Assembly (NCBI RefSeq): GCF_009914755.1
Contig: NC_060925.1
Source: the human T2T-CHM13v2.0 reference genome, Homo sapiens
Length of the DNA stretch: 64,000 bases
Strand: one strand, 5' to 3'
The notes beneath the pieces are model-generated. The model saw only the letters and a program-made list of their open reading frames with translations. It did no database searches and was not told the origin of the DNA. The position numbers and the translations under genes are program-made. How positions within the stretch are numbered: the first letter of the stretch is position 1; each line of letters opens with the position of its first letter. Below, piece after piece: positions 26,871 to 42,177 of the stretch.

Positions 26871-29489
26871 TATTTTATGATTATCTAGATTTTTTTAAGA
26901 TTTAGAGACTTTTGGGGAAAAGGTGTATTCTGCAGTGTACAACACCGCTGCAGTAAGCAAATTTTTTTTTTTTTGTACGGAGTACTTCTACTGTTTTTGT
27001 AATCCTTTTTTTTCTCCCCTCCTCCCCATCTCTGTTTTTGTAATCTTTAGCTGCAAGTAATTTTGTAAATTATAGGAGTAATACCAAAGTGTAATACATG
27101 TTCATTTTTGAAAATGTATTATTGTACATTTCAAAATTGAAACGGGACTATCAAGACACCAATTTTTCACCAGTCTGAGCTAGATACAATTAATATTTTG
27201 GTGTTAAAATATTTTCTCTTACACTTTTTACACAATTGGCATCATATTGCATTAACATTCTTCATTATTGATTTTTCTTTACTCAGTGGAAAAAGTTTTA
27301 AACCCATTTTCAAAGACTGTGTTTCTCTAAAATTAAAAAACTGTGTAAGCATTTAACCCACTTGCTCTGATCAGAAAAATTAAACAAACATGCACCACAC
27401 TAACAACAGTTCTCCAAGGATTGTGAAAGCTGTGGCATCAGTTAATTCCCAGCTTTCTGAAGTTCCAGTGGGTACATTTTCAGCAGTAAAGTCCTTCAGA
27501 GTAAACAGCTTCTTTTCCTTTTCTGCTTGTTCTAGCTGGGAAACTTCCCTAGATATGAGCACATGTCTTCTTTTGAAATGGGAAAAGCCTGCGTAATACC
27601 TAAAGGATGTTCTTAGACCACAGTTAGAGAACTACTGCTCCAAAAATCAATTTTTACATGATTTGGTGAGGAAGAGCTCACAAAATTAGTCGGGGAAAAA
27701 TTTTGTAGCAAACTAGAAATTTTCTACTACTCTTGGTCCCTGAATCTTGAATTTTTAAAATTAAATATCTTAAGGCTCATGCATGCTTTTTGAAAGAAAG
27801 AAGGAGGAAAATGATTTACTATATAAAGGTATTTCTTTATACCTTTTAGAGGTATACGTAAGATAGTGACATCTTCCAGGACATGATAGTGTGGTTTGAC
27901 AGAGGAAGAAGCAATTATTAAAAATTAAAGATAGTGCATTTACCCAGACATGAGCATCTACAGCATTTCAGCTTTTTTAATGTGATAATTTCAGGGAAAC
28001 AACATATTTTATTATTATGAAGTCTATGTAAAAATTTTTCCCAAGCAAGTGGAGATTAAAACATTTGCCTGATGAATACAAATATTTTATTTAGGGAAAG
28101 TATTAACAAGTGATATAAAATCCCGTAGAACAGAAATTTTAAATTATGAATGACATATATGTTAATAATTAATCTTTCTCCTCATGAGAAAGGGAGAAGA
28201 GAGAGAGTAAACACCATTTTTGAAAACTAAAAACCACACTTGCCTAATAAAAGTTTCTGAAGTTCCCCCACATTGCCTATTTCTAAGAGAGGAAAGAAAG
28301 AGAACCACCCAGAGAGCTCTTGGCCTATAACCAGATGTGCTGTTCAACAGCTCTAATCCTCAAGATCAGGGGAAGACCACAGGCTGAATCCTCAACACAT
28401 TTAAGAAATAAAATATAATTTAGTTAATTAATCATGGAACCAAAATCTGCAGTTTTGCTAGCCATATTTCAAAGACTGAATCCCTTCTGACAAGGGAAAT
28501 AGAAAATAATATCACTCCACATTTGACTGTTACAGTCTGTTCTTAGCTTTCCTCAGGGAAGAAATTTTTCCTGGTATGATCGTTCTTACTCAGAATATAC
28601 GGACTGCTATTTAAATTTATATCTCCCCTCTCTTTTTTTTTTCTTTACTTCACATTCTTTTTTTTTCTGGGTGGTGAGAATATCTGTTTTCTGAACTGTT
28701 TTGGGCTTTTTGATTTGGAGAATCAGAGCTACCTTGAAGGCCAGGAAATCCAATCTATGCAGTCCTTGAAATATAATCATTTCAGCTGAATTAATATACT
28801 CAGACTGCTGGTTTATTTAGATGACTTACTTTGTCATAAAGAATTAATAAAATTCTTAATATGAAAGATAAGTTGGGATAAAACATAAAACTGCTTCACA
28901 AACTTTAAGAAAATGTGCAGATGCTGCTATGTTCTATAAAGCCAATTTTAAGAAGATAGGGCTAATTATTTTCATTTTACAGATAGGAAAACTGTGGCTT
29001 GGAGCTGCTCTGACCCCATTTTATTTATTTTTCATTATATTGTATGATCTTTGATGTCAACCAAATTCCTCTAGATGCATTATTATCTGGTGAAATCATA
29101 CTGAGTTAGGAATGAAGAGTCTGGCATGCCATTTCATAACATATTGCCATGCTGCACAGACCTTTTTAAATTCCTCTGGTTCATGTTCTTCATTATAAAA
29201 TTGGCATGTGACTGCTGCACCTATCTTCTTCATGCTAACACAGCAGGTTGGAAAGAGATTGTGTTTGTGAAAATATTTGAGAAATAAAGGGCTAAATGCA
29301 TGTGAGTTGTCATACTATAAGGGAGTGAATGGCGAATTTTCTAAATTAAGTTGTCAAGTAACAATAAAAAAAACAAGAATGCATTTTGTTGGATTTACAG
29401 CAAGGTCTCAAAATGTGAAATATTTTAAATTTAGATTTAGACACGTTAGGAGTCTTCATGTGTTTTATGTTGGATTCAGAAAATTCTGT

Positions 29490-29670
29490 GTTAAATTATG
29501 GTTCCACCATTCATTAATACTTGCCAACTGATTTTAGACAAATCTCTGTGTCTCAATTTCCTCATCTATAAAACTGGCACATTAATATTTATCACGCAGA
29601 TTTGTTATTTGGAATAATAAAATGATGTAAGCAAAATGCCTAGTACCCTACTCAAATAAATGCTTTATTA
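29490..29670 (+). mobile_element. MIR
   Basis: ctctgtgtctcaatttcctcatctataaaa core. Confidence 0.7.
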
Positions 29671-31139
29671 TAAATTGTTATAAATGCCCTTTAGGGCAAG
29701 CATTTATTTGAGTGCCTTCAGTGGGAATGGTAGTAGGGTACTGGGCATTTTGCTTACATTATTTCCACCCCACAGCATCTCTGACTAGTATGACTTATTT
29801 CAGGCATGGATATATGTCCACTGTGGCTTCCCAAACAATGTTGGAGGCCATTTAGTGCCATTGAAATTAGGAATATTTGCATATTCCAAAAGCCATACTC
29901 TTACAGCATGTCACTTATTGAGTCTATTTGTTTTCTATCTACAATTAGAAACTGATGCCTCATAACTTTCAGTGATACTTATACCGCCACACCATGAGTA
30001 TCTGGAAGAGCCAGGAGTTTGGCTCAGAAGTTGCTGACTATGGTTATCACCTTTAGGTCACCCTTCCTCTCTCAGCGTGAAACAATAACACAGATCATTT
30101 TATATTTTTGGATGGCACCAATATTAAAGATTTTACAGGGATTTAAGATGTTACAGTGATTGAAGAAGACAAATCCCCTTTCCTCTAGTTTCTGAATTTT
30201 ATAGAGACTCTATGACATATGCTTGGGACACAAGGTGTTAAGGTTTCTTATTCCAGACCTGACATAGCTAGTAAATTTCTGGAGGCCAACCACGTTAATT
30301 TCTCTCTGTCCTATAGTGCCTCTAACATAGCACTGCCTTACTGCTCCACTGAGATTTCTGTGGGTTTACTTAACTTTTTGTACATGAATAATGCTCACCA
30401 TGTTAACTATAATTATACATAAAGTTGCCATTCTTTTGCCAACTTAGATTTCCTAAACCAGTTGAGTAAGATAAACATTCTGTCCTCCATTTGATATGTG
30501 ACCTGTTTTCATACATATTTTCCTTTGAAATCTGATAAGCCTGGAAGACATACAGATGGCACTTCTATATCATGAAACATCCAGGACTCTATTTTTTTGC
30601 CAAGCAATCAACAATTAAATCTCTCTGGCATATGTGAGCAATAGATCAGCATGGCTAGCAGTTGTCGTACATGTGGAGAAAACTGGTCACCATGGGTGAG
30701 GCACTTTGACAAGTTTATTGCAAGGCTAGTGTGCTTGTGGTCTAGGAAAGTAGCTTAACATGTGCCTTATGCAAGAGAGAAGGGGCAGGTCAGCCCCAAC
30801 ATGCTAAGTGAGTGTTAGGCGAAGATTAGGAGCACAGCTCTCTTGGCAATAGCATTCTGATATACGGAAAAGTGTTTGTGTGTGTGTTTGCTAAAAATGC
30901 TGTCAATATTTTATCATATTGTGTAGGATCTCTAACTGGGGATGTAGATAACTCTGGGTCTCTGTTCTTTGGAGCACATGAAGCCCTTCCTCATCTAGGA
31001 AGATTTTCTTTTGGCCGTTGTTTTTCTTCTTCTGTCTATGTCTCTCCCATATGTGCAGTTCATGTCTAATAATTTAGAGAATAGGGATAAGAGAAATAAC
31101 AGATTATGAGATTCTTTCTCTAGTGTCCTTATACTCTAA

Positions 31140-31312
31140 TCCTGCATATCTTCAATGTGATGCCTGGTTCACTTGCATCAGAATGAACTGAGGTTTCTCA
31201 AAATGCAGATTCCAGGGCCCCACTCATACCCAGTGACTCAGAATCTCCAAAGTATATGCATATTAAATATCCCAGATGATTTTTATATCCCACAAAGTCT
31301 GAAAACACTGAT
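31140..31312. mobile_element. MER5A-like hAT-Charlie element
   Basis: gcatcagaat...aaaatgcagattccagggccccac...ccagtgactcagaatctc...cccagatgattttta...aaagtctgaaaacactg. Confidence 0.75.
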
Positions 31313-31595
31313 CCAGACCACTTTCTCCCATAGCAATTGGTATTGAATAATATTTTCCTCGTGACATCCACTGTATCCTGTGTGTTCCATTGTTATTTAA
31401 CTCTCCTTAAGTGTCAGTCTCATCTCTTCAAAGGAGTACATACAGCTTTAAAGACAAGGGCAGAGGCAAACAGTTTAAGCCTCAGAGCACTTATCATGGT
31501 GCTTTTTATATTATAGGAGGCTTAACAAACGGTTGCTGAATAAACGAATATGTGAACAAACAAGTGAGAAAGAGCACACATATAGCACTTATTAG

Positions 31596-31980
<385 letters not shown>

Positions 31981-33394
31981 TTTTATTTTTTGTCATATAT
32001 TGATAAATTGTGGTTGTACATATTAAAACTAGTTTTAGGTGGTTGTTAGCACTTATTCTAGAAGAAAAAACATGTGTCAAAGAAGTGGCAACTTACCCCA
32101 TGGATGATGTTTGCAATTTAATTTTAGTTTTAAGTATGTTTTTAAATGAAAGTTTATCTTTATCTTCTTTTCTTACAAAGTCCTTCCTTACTTTCAGACA
32201 GTTGATAAAGCACAATATTTCTATTTTGAAATTTTGTTTACTTATCTTTTTTATGGTCTGATAAAGCCAAGTTTTAATTTTCCCTTTTTTCTGATGCTGA
32301 TTTTTGAAAAGGTTGTGTACGAAATTTCAACATAACCTATCCAAATGTATCATTTAAAGACAACTGCATTTATTCCACTAGTAGTTTTGACATATGCTAA
32401 AGTTATATCTCAAATATCCCCTTTTAAGGTACGTTTTAAGGCTCTTGTCCTAAATGGATTTTCTATTAAATATCAGGCTTTTTTTTTCTAATGAAGTATA
32501 TATAATTATGAATCGTTGTCCAAAGGATGTATTTGTTCATCTGCCCTGAATGATAGACCAATGAATGAATTAAAAGGAACTACATTTAGAAAAGCAGGAT
32601 AAGTATGATTTTAGAAAACTTGAAGGAAGAAAACAAGAAAGAAGGGCACTTGTAGAGATGTGAAGGGGCAGAAAACAGAGGTGAAAGGGTTTCCTGGACC
32701 CACGTCTGTAGTAGAGACCACTACTGAGTTACAGTTCTCTAAGCCCATCTGGGATCCTTTGGTGACATGAATTTTGCTCTAGTGGTTTATGACATCACTG
32801 GAACCCCGTTGGTGGAATTACAACTTCATAATTCACAGTTAGCTCTTGTTTATTTTATATTTAATCATTTGTGGAGCATACTGGCAGCATACTCAGGGGA
32901 ACTATGTGGTTATGCTCCTGCAAATCTTGTTGTTGCATAATTAAGTACGTCAGAAGTAATTCACCAAGTGTCATAACATCCCATAGTTCACGCCTTGCAG
33001 ATGCTGGCATTGGTTATGATTGTCCTGAAAGTTATCCTGGCTGCATCACCTTCTCAATGAGTTTTCCTTTTGGAGGAACAGTTACCAAAGACAGCTGGGC
33101 TTCCTGGTTTAAATAAAATACAATTTTCTGAGTAGCAAGCATATTGCTTCCATAGAAAGACAACTCCAGAACCATGTAGGAGTGACTTCTATAATGTGAC
33201 TGTAAAATGTGGTTCTATTCCTGTTAACCCATGGGTATGTAAAATGTATCAATGAAACAACAAAGGCAGTTTTTAGGTGAGCGAGGAGACTTCGGATTTG
33301 TCTCCATATTTATTTGTGTTTAACCTTGAGACTCAGAAATGATTCCACTTAACTTGTGCCTTTGGGTCTCTTAATGGAAGAAGGGAACTAAAGG

Positions 33395-33625
33395 GAAGAA
33401 ATTAAGGTGTATTGAGTACCATAATGGATCAGGTACTGTGCTGGGTAATGTATACTAATTATGTTGTTTAAATTTTCACAATAGTGCTGAGTGATAGATA
33501 TTGCCACCCCCACCTTACCAATAGGGCTTTGAGACTCAGAGGAGTTGGAGCAATGTGCCTGAAGCCTCAAAGTTAGTTATTGACAAACCAGAACTTGTCT
33601 TGACCCCTCTGTTCTACTGTATTCC
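33395..33625 (-). mobile_element. MIR
   Basis: tattgagtacc...aggtactgtgctggg...tgagactcagaggagttggagcaatgtgcctgaag. Confidence 0.7.
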
Positions 33626-34904
33626 AGTATTTTCTAACTCCAGTGGCTAGAAAATTGGAAGGAAGTGGTTGAGTTCAATGGTTTTTCAGTGGCATTTATT
33701 CAGTGGAACATAGAACTCTTGTAACTGTGGTACCTGACTGTGCTAGAATTACAAATTAAAACTGCAGATAATCCTGCAGAAAATGTTATCTTTGCAAAAA
33801 AAAAAACCCTCTTAATAGCACTAGACATTTAGATGTCAGATAAGCAGCAAATCTGAAGTCAATTACAGGGCTCAGTGAACATAAATGAAGAAGTGAGTTG
33901 GAAGATAGTACTAGAGAAGAAACAGGTGAGCCAGAGAGCTTTCCTGAAGGTGAGGAGTTGATTTTGACCATGGTCCTTCCAAAAGTATGGCCTTGAACAT
34001 GCCACCCAGCCCTTATGAGCTCTAATCACAGGAAAAATAGAAATATCTTCTTGACAAGTCTATTGAAGATTAAATCAGATATTTATGTAACAACCTTAAC
34101 TCACAGGTGGAACCAAGCTCCTAATTTGCATCACCTAATATTGAATTGTAAAACACTGACAAAAAGGGGACAGGTTCAACATTTCTGATTATGTTCTCTG
34201 TTGCTATGGAAATGAATATTTATAGCCAAGAATATAATCTTATTTAAAAGATTCAGACAGTTGTTTCTAATTTGGCTGTTTGGAACTGGAAATTCATTTG
34301 TCCAAATGCAATGTTTTAATTTGTGATTAGGTTCCTAGGAAACCTCCAAAAGATTGGTGGATGGGTGATACAGTTGAACTGTAGTGTAAATGGAAGCAGC
34401 TAGTATGTTGCATCCTGGAAGAAATAGATTTGTGGCTCAGAATGAGGAAGAAAGGGATGGCCCTTCTCTCTTTACTGGTATAGGACCAAAATTTAGGCAA
34501 AATTTAGAACTAGATGAATTTAATCTCTAGGCAGCCTTCTCCAAACCCCTTCTCCCCTGACCTCTAAGGTCTGAATTCAATGTTCCTTCTGTGTGCTCCC
34601 ATGTTCTCAGTCACCCTTGATAGTATTATCACACTGCATGGCTTAAGAATGCCAGTAAGGTTTTGGTGCCTCAGTCACATCCTGCTCACTCCTCTAGAGT
34701 TCCCCGTAAGGAAGATAAACACATAGAACAGTAGCTGAAGAGGAAATAAGGTACTGAATTATCATCATCTAGGCAAACACTCCATAAACTCTGGGCACCC
34801 CATGCCCCCATCTCCTGGGATTTGTTAGTATAACAAAGTTGGAGGCCTAGGTTTAAATGTTATGTTTGTAGAACAGACTTCCATGCCCATCTCTTTTTCT
34901 TTCT

Positions 34905-35610
34905 CTCACTCATTTTTTTTTCATACATATTTGGCAAATGTGTCTTGAGTACCTACTATGTGCCAGTCATTATGCTAGGTTCTGGGATGCAGCAGTGAAT
35001 AAAATAAACACGTTGCTTTTTCTCCTGAACCTTATATTCTCCTGGGGAAAAAAGGCAATAAACAAATAAATGAACACACACCTAGATAAGTAATTCAATT
35101 GTGATTAGTAAGTTTTATGAAAGAAATGAAACAGCCTATTTGAGCAGGAATATGAAAGAAAAGAAGGAGAGCTAACTATGTAGAGAGCAGGGTGAAAAGC
35201 CTTCCAGGCAGAGGAAGTGAACAGCAAGTGCAAAGGCCCTGAGGCAGGAACAAGCTTTATAGCCAAGGAACAGAAAGAAGGTCAATGTGACTGGAAGATA
35301 GTAAGTGATGGGACTTTGAGAGATGACAAAGTCAGAGAGATATGTAGGGGCTAGGTGACAGGGACTTGTAGGTCACACTGAGGAACTGGGCTTATATTCA
35401 AAGTGTGATGACAATGGGAAGCCAGGGAGACATTGAAACCGGAGAGTTTTGTAATGTGATTTATGTCTTTAAAAGAACAACCCAACTGCTTTATGGAGAA
35501 TGGATATTAGAGGAAGAAGGAGAAGCAGTTAGGAGGTTATTGCAACAGGCCAGATGAGAGATGATGGTGTCTTGAACTGGCTGTATGGGTGAGGATAGAG
35601 CAGCAGTGGT
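34905..35610 (-). mobile_element. L2 (L2a/b) 3' portion
   Basis: ttgagtacctactatgtgccag...ttccaggcagaggaa..cagcaagtgcaaaggccctgaggcagga...aggaggttattgcaacaggccagatgagagatgatgg. Confidence 0.85.
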
Positions 35611-36771
35611 CGGCACCCAGAGTGTGACTCCTACAGGGGCTCAGGAGGCTGACGGAGCCAGCGGAGTTTAGCAAATGAAAGAGGAAAAGAGAGGACAATG
35701 TCAATGAGGCTGTGCAGCCTGCCCTGGAGGACTGACCTAGGACATTCATCTTTCTTAGTCTCATCTTTTCTCAGTCTCATCTTTTCTCTGTTTCTGTACC
35801 TGGGTTTTCTCTCAAACTTCCAAGCCTTACCATGGTGGGCTCCCTAGAAGCAGCTGCTTCCAGGAGAAGGAGTGGTTGGTTGTGTGCAGTGGGGTATGAA
35901 ATAGGAGCAATTTATTTTGATTTTGTTATTTGAAATGTTAGAGTCTATAATTCAGGTACTGCCTTTAATTTTCCCAGAAAGGAAGGGTTCTGCTTTAAAT
36001 TCTGCAAAAGCAGCTCTTTGTAATTTAGCAAAACATCAGAAGGCAGCATTGCTAAAGACTGCAATTCAGATATGTGAAGACTTGTGTAACTGAAATGTCT
36101 TCAGAAGTTTTTAGTGTTTCCTAGGTCTTAGTCTCTTCTTTTTAGTGTGTATGCATTAATGGAGCCAAAAGTCAGAAATCAGTTAGGTCTTTTCTCCAAG
36201 CAAACAATGAAACAGTAACCAAAATTCAGGGGAGCTAAAATCAGAAAATTATACCCACCACCAGTTTTTTGATTAACAAGTATGCATTGTATTCAGCATC
36301 ATGCCAAGCACTTTGGAGGATATTAAAGAAGTGAATGGCATGACCTCTTGCCAATCATCCAGCTGGCGAGATGGATCTAAAATTGTGCCTCACATAGTTC
36401 ATATTCAGCATGATTTTAACATATCTGCTCCTGGGGTCATAGATCCTGTTCCTCCTCTTTTCCCTATCACTCAATGGTCCCTCGTGCTCTCAGGTGGCAC
36501 CTGCTCAAAATGTTAATAGCAACCTCAACTTCTTCCAGTCTTTTATTCTCTATGCCTATTTCTCAGGCTTGTCCTCTCTTTTCCAAGACAGACATTTTAT
36601 CTCAGAAACTTAATCAGATCTTTTCTTGTAGTTTCTTACAGATGGAACTTTGTATGACCCCGAAGTGATTCCAGGCTATGAGAATTTTAAACCCATAAGA
36701 AACAGCTAGTTGGAATACTATCAGAATAAACTATTTGTATAGATACATCTTGCTTTTAAAGATTTGGAATC

Positions 36772-37068
36772 GGCTGGGCGGGATGGCTCATGCCTGTAAT
36801 CCCAGCATTTTGGGAGGCCAAGGCAAGTAGATCACTAGAGGTTAGGAGTTCAAGACTAGCCTGGCCAACATGGTGAAACCTCATCTGTACTAAAAATACA
36901 AAAATTAGCTGGGTGTGGTGGTACACGCCTGTAATCCCAGCTACTCAGGAGGCTGAGGCAGGAGAATCACTTGAATCCAGGAGGCGGAGGTTGCAGTGAG
37001 CCAAGATCATGCCACTGCATTCCAGCCTGGACAACAGAGTGAGACTCCATCTCACACACACAAAAAAA
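36772..37068 (+). mobile_element. AluS (Sx/Sz-like)
   Basis: Full body; (CA)/A tail; TSD aaagatttggaa at 36758-36769 and 37066-37077. Confidence 0.93.
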
Positions 37069-39769
37069 GATTTGGAACTCAGATACTTTAAGCATTCTGC
37101 AGTTTGTAGCACCATGAAGAAAGTTAAGAAATGCTTCACTATCTCATTTTTCTCAGCATCTTGAGCTTTCCAACATTTTTCATGATTTTAAAAATAATTT
37201 GGCAAAGGATAAGTTATAATCAGTATAAACCTAGAGTTATGCCATTGATTAGGTAGACCATGCAGAGAAGTTTAGTACTTGAAAAGAAAAACTAGACTTC
37301 ATGTAAACTGAAGCTTGGAACAAGAAAGGCAGTCATCTGACTTCCAAATTACAATTTAGAACCTACCAGTTTTTTAATTTCTTGGCACAGGAAATTTAAT
37401 CAATATTTTTCCTGATGCTGAAATATTGGTTTTGGACCAAGGCTTATTTGAGGTTTATCTCTTCTTTGAGCTTTCACTAATGTCTTTATTAATGATCTGA
37501 AATAAGGAACGGAGAAGAAAATTGGGTCAGAGTAAGCCAGTTGACACCATTTGTGACTGGACCCATTATCCTTGCTCACCTCCTGACGCAGGAGGACACC
37601 AAGGACTGTGTGAGGTGGGTGAGGCCACAGCCTGGGAAGTCTTGTCAAAGGGTGATTCAAGTGTGGGCTAGCAGCTGACTCAGGAACAACCCGGCAGTGC
37701 TCTGAAGGCTGACTCGAGCTAGGGGATTTGTTAGGCCATCTGCAAGACACATTTAGAGGGAAAATGATTTGAGAATGAAAGTGCTGTCATCCAAACTTGA
37801 AAGTTTAAAAAGTATTCATTTTGATAGATGGAGACTAAAAGATTTTGGAATTTGGAGTCAGAAAATCTAGATTTCAATCCTGCCTCTATTTCTGCCACTC
37901 TTGGCTTGTATTACCTACCTGTAAAATGAAAACGGTAATGCCTGCTTGATTTCTTTCTTTCTTTCTTTCTTTTTTTTTAATCATGGAGATCTGAAGAGGG
38001 CACAATGTGGAGGAAAAGTTATACATGGTTTGAAGTCTAATGAATACCTCTATGAAGCTCTAATATAATAAGAGGGTAACAAGCTGCTAGGGATTCAGAG
38101 GGTGGATTTTTCATATCTAGCAAGGGTATATAAGGACAGGCCTTGAGTGCACAAGGCAGCATGTGAATGCAACTTGAGTGTAATTGATTTTTTTTTTACA
38201 AGTCAGACTATTGAGAGTTAAGAACAATATAAACACTAAACAAGCAAATTCAATTGGACATATACCTGTTCATTCCCACAAGAGACTGAACTGAAGGGTG
38301 AGGCTTGTGAATTTCATTGGCTGTAGTCAATATTGCTTCACTCTGTTATAGTTAAAATGTAGACCGTCTGCCTCCAAGGCTGTCAATCCGGCACCTTTCA
38401 CCAGCATTAAGCTCACTTAAAAATGATTTAAAACAACATTACATTAAAAAAAAGCCTGATAGATCCTTAGTTAAGGGTACAAAAAAAAAAAAAAAACAAG
38501 TTGCTATTTACGTTTCAGATATTTTTTAAAAATACTGTCTGGTGAGTGGAAAATGGCAGCTCGGAAAAAATGCTAGCTTAGAGGACTAAAAACCTAAGAG
38601 GGCAAGAGCAAGCAGCTCTGTGCTTCATAAGCGAGCTTTTCTTTAAAAGGAGCTACAGCAGCACTGGGGCGTAGGGGAAGCAGAAGGGAAGGAAGAGACG
38701 TGGGGAATAGAATTTCTTGTTCCAATAATCCCATAGTTTTCAGCAAGGTCAAAAGTCTGAGAGTTGTGTAGAGCCTTGGGGAGTGGGTCTAAGAAAAATG
38801 TGACCTGCCAAGGTCAGCAATTCTGACACTGATTCAAATTCTAGCCTTAGGGGGTAGCTGTTTGATGAGAACAGAGAAGGAGGTGGCATGAATAGATGAC
38901 ATTTCGCATTGGTAGGAGACGGGCGGCTGCAGCGGCTTGTGCAGTCGATTCCATGAGAGATATTTCCAGAACAAACAGAGTCACCTTTTAATTGCCTGCA
39001 TATGGATTTACCACTTGGTGTATTCTTTTAAAATCTATAGTTGACACCTCTCTCTAACTTGCACACTCCAGAGTTTCTTTATTTCCTTATCAGAGAATCT
39101 ACACTTTGAGGGTTCAAAATCATTTGGAAATGAAACAAAAATGAGGAAACTATGTAATGTGGGAGACAGAACTATAATAACATTGGTTGAGTGCCTTATA
39201 AATGGTTATGCCTTGCCTCTCTCCATTAGTTAGAATAAACAAGAATTGACTGGACGCTTCTCCAGTCCCATCCCAAATGCACGTCATTCAAGTTTTCTTA
39301 CTAATTAAGCATCCTCCCCCAGCCCCCCACCCTCAGAGTACCACAAGGTTAAACAAAAAGCAAAATTTCTATGATAAGAAGAGCTTTTTACAAAAAGGTC
39401 ATCTTGACCATTTAGGATTTCTCTCTCTCTCTCTTTTTTTTTTAACTTTACAAGTCAGAATGTTGTGAGTGAAGAACAAAATAAACACGAAACAGGCAAT
39501 TTCCAAAACCCCATTTGTGAAGGCTGGTTTTTAAACGATGAGAAAATGTCTGCATTGCACATTTACAGTCTGTTGAAAGCATATTTGGTGAACAAGCCCA
39601 TTGGAGGCATTTATTGAAACTAAACAAGAACTCTTGGCCTACAAGTCTCCTTCTCTAGCCTCTTAAAGGCAATCTGTTTGGATGCTCAGGGATGCTCCCC
39701 AACTTTTGTGAATTCTGTCTTTTCTTTCCTGCCTTAAGCTAACAGTAGATGACGTTTGCTTCGACAGAG

Positions 39770-39990
39770 CAGCAGGACACAAGGGCTAAGAACATGGACT
39801 TGATATAGCGCCCTTCTCCCGTCACTTAATTGTTCTATGAAGTCGCCCTCTGAGCCTCACTTTCCTTTTCTCTAAAATGAGGATTATAATACATCCTTTA
39901 TAGGGTTTTTGTAAGCATTAAGTAAGATAATGTATAGGATATGGTTAGCATTGTGCCTCGTGTGTAGCAAGTCCCTGCTTCATGGAAGTT
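39770..39990 (+). mobile_element. MIR
   Basis: ctctgagcctcactttccttttctctaaaatgaggattataata...tagggtttttgtaagcattaagtaagataatg. Confidence 0.8.
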
Positions 39991-42115
39991 ATTTTATAGC
40001 ATGTGCTTGATTCTTATTTTACAATTGAACAGACATTGTGGAGTCCGTTATCACTCAGCCATAAAAACTGTGTGGATATATCCTTGAAATATTTGTAAAC
40101 ATCTGGAAACAATTTAGTCTGAGGACACTTTAGGTAACTAAAAGGACTCATTCTCAAAATGAATATATAGTCTCAGGAGACACCGGGGTCAAAGAGCAAG
40201 TGGCCAAATACTTCTACTCAATTCAAAAAGCTCTGTGGTGAGAAAAAGGGGAAAAAGAAAGGAGAAAGAGAAGGACCGGGAAAGAGAAATAGCTAATCAT
40301 CAAGAATATTTTGATTGAGAAGCAATGTGTTGCTTACTCTATAATTTAGAAGTCAAGCATGTAGGCATACATTTATTCACTTGCTATGTGACCTCTAAAT
40401 TCATTGTCATACTTCTCAAAAGTTGCTATTATTATTATTTTTCTATTACCCTAAAGATCTTGAGAGATGAAATAAATCCTGGAGCTCATTGTTGACTTTG
40501 GACCCAGAAAGCAGTATAAAATAAGAATGTAAGGAAAACTAACACTCCAAGTACAAAGTGGGTCCAAAAACTGTAATGTTATATAGTGTTAATATATATT
40601 TCTGAAACTGGACTGTACTGAGGCAGAAAATTAAGGTATCTATTTTTTTTCTATTTTTCTTAAAAATTGCTTTTATTTAACCAATCCATTTGAAAAAGTA
40701 ATAGAATTTTTAAAAATTTACTCTTAAAGATAGCTTTGTCCGGTATGTTTCAACAGTTTCTAACTTTTAATATCCTTGAAAATTAATTTCAGGTGAATGT
40801 TCAGGGTTATACAGATTTATGAAATTTATTTACCAATAAAATTTTATGTTTAAAAGGTATGAATATTGACTTATTTAAATAAAAACATTTAAATAAACCT
40901 CCTATAGTCTGCTGACTATATCGTTTCATAGACGAAACATTATAAGACCAAAATAATAAAACTGCTATGCTTGCAAAGTAAAATAAATGGGCATATTTAA
41001 CATATAAAACTTTACTATGTTGTACTGATTTTTGCACCCATTTAATTGTGACACTTGAAGAGTTTGTCTTTGTTCTGGGAACTGTTTACAGGAAATTCCT
41101 GACTGACATTTTTTTCTTCCCATATCTTAACTATATACTTGCTAATTTCAGTATTGAAACTTATTTGATAATTTTGTGCTGACTCAAGTTCAAGTGAAAT
41201 TCATATTATTCTTTAGCTATGCATCTTTTGGTTTTTAGTTCTGTGACAATATAATTGTTATCAATATACATTAGAAATCAATAGCATATTGATAATGAGA
41301 TGAAAGATTAACTGAGCTAAACATAGATATTTGAGACTTTTTCTTCAGGAATTATTGATCTGAAGTTGTATTTAATCTATCAGAATATGCTCTTTTCTAA
41401 TCCATTGGTTCCCCATCTCAGATTCCCTAACTTCTTTGGGCAGTAATAGAGGACCTTTATTTTTTTTTCTGTTATTTCAAAAAGATTAATAAAAATGTAT
41501 GTTTACTCTCTATAAGCAAAAGAAGAACTTAAGATTTTTGACAGGATTGATAATAATTTAGTGAGACTCTTTCTGTGGAGCTGTGTACTGTTCTTAGAAC
41601 AAAGTAGGGACTCATTAAAGAGCTGAATAAGTCAATGAATGAACAATATTCCTGGCTATCTCAGGCTAAATGATATCATAGTCTGACAATTTTGAATTTA
41701 CTTAATGCAAATGACAAAATATAGTTGATTTAGTAGAAAAGGTTTTAAATCATGGAATCTATGTGGGAAGGTAGTCCATGGGGCTGCAACAATTGAGAAC
41801 ATTCATAAAGATGTGAGTGGAAACAAGGGTGAGTTTTGAGGAAGATTTGTGTGTTTAATCTTTATATGCCTGTGACCAGATGTCTATGCCAAGAAGCACA
41901 TGTTTTTGTTTTTGTTTTAAACTTTCAGTTTATGGTTCCAAGGTCCTGATACTTATCAGCTTTAAAAAAATCGTTTTCATTTTTTAGGTAGTTTTCTTGC
42001 TTTTGGGCACCAGGTGGCGATATGGAGTGAGGTGGGGAGTGCATGGGATACACAGGTTGGGTTGTCATAAAGACCAAGCATCTGTAGAGCCGAACTGATG
42101 AGATTTAATATTCCG

Positions 42116-42129
42116 TCTCTCTCTCTCTC

Positions 42130-42177
<48 letters not shown>

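Noticed and set aside
27454-28266. 13-mer TTTCTGAAGTTCC repeated exactly 800 bp apart
   Set aside because: Short enough to be chance in 64 kb; flanks do not align
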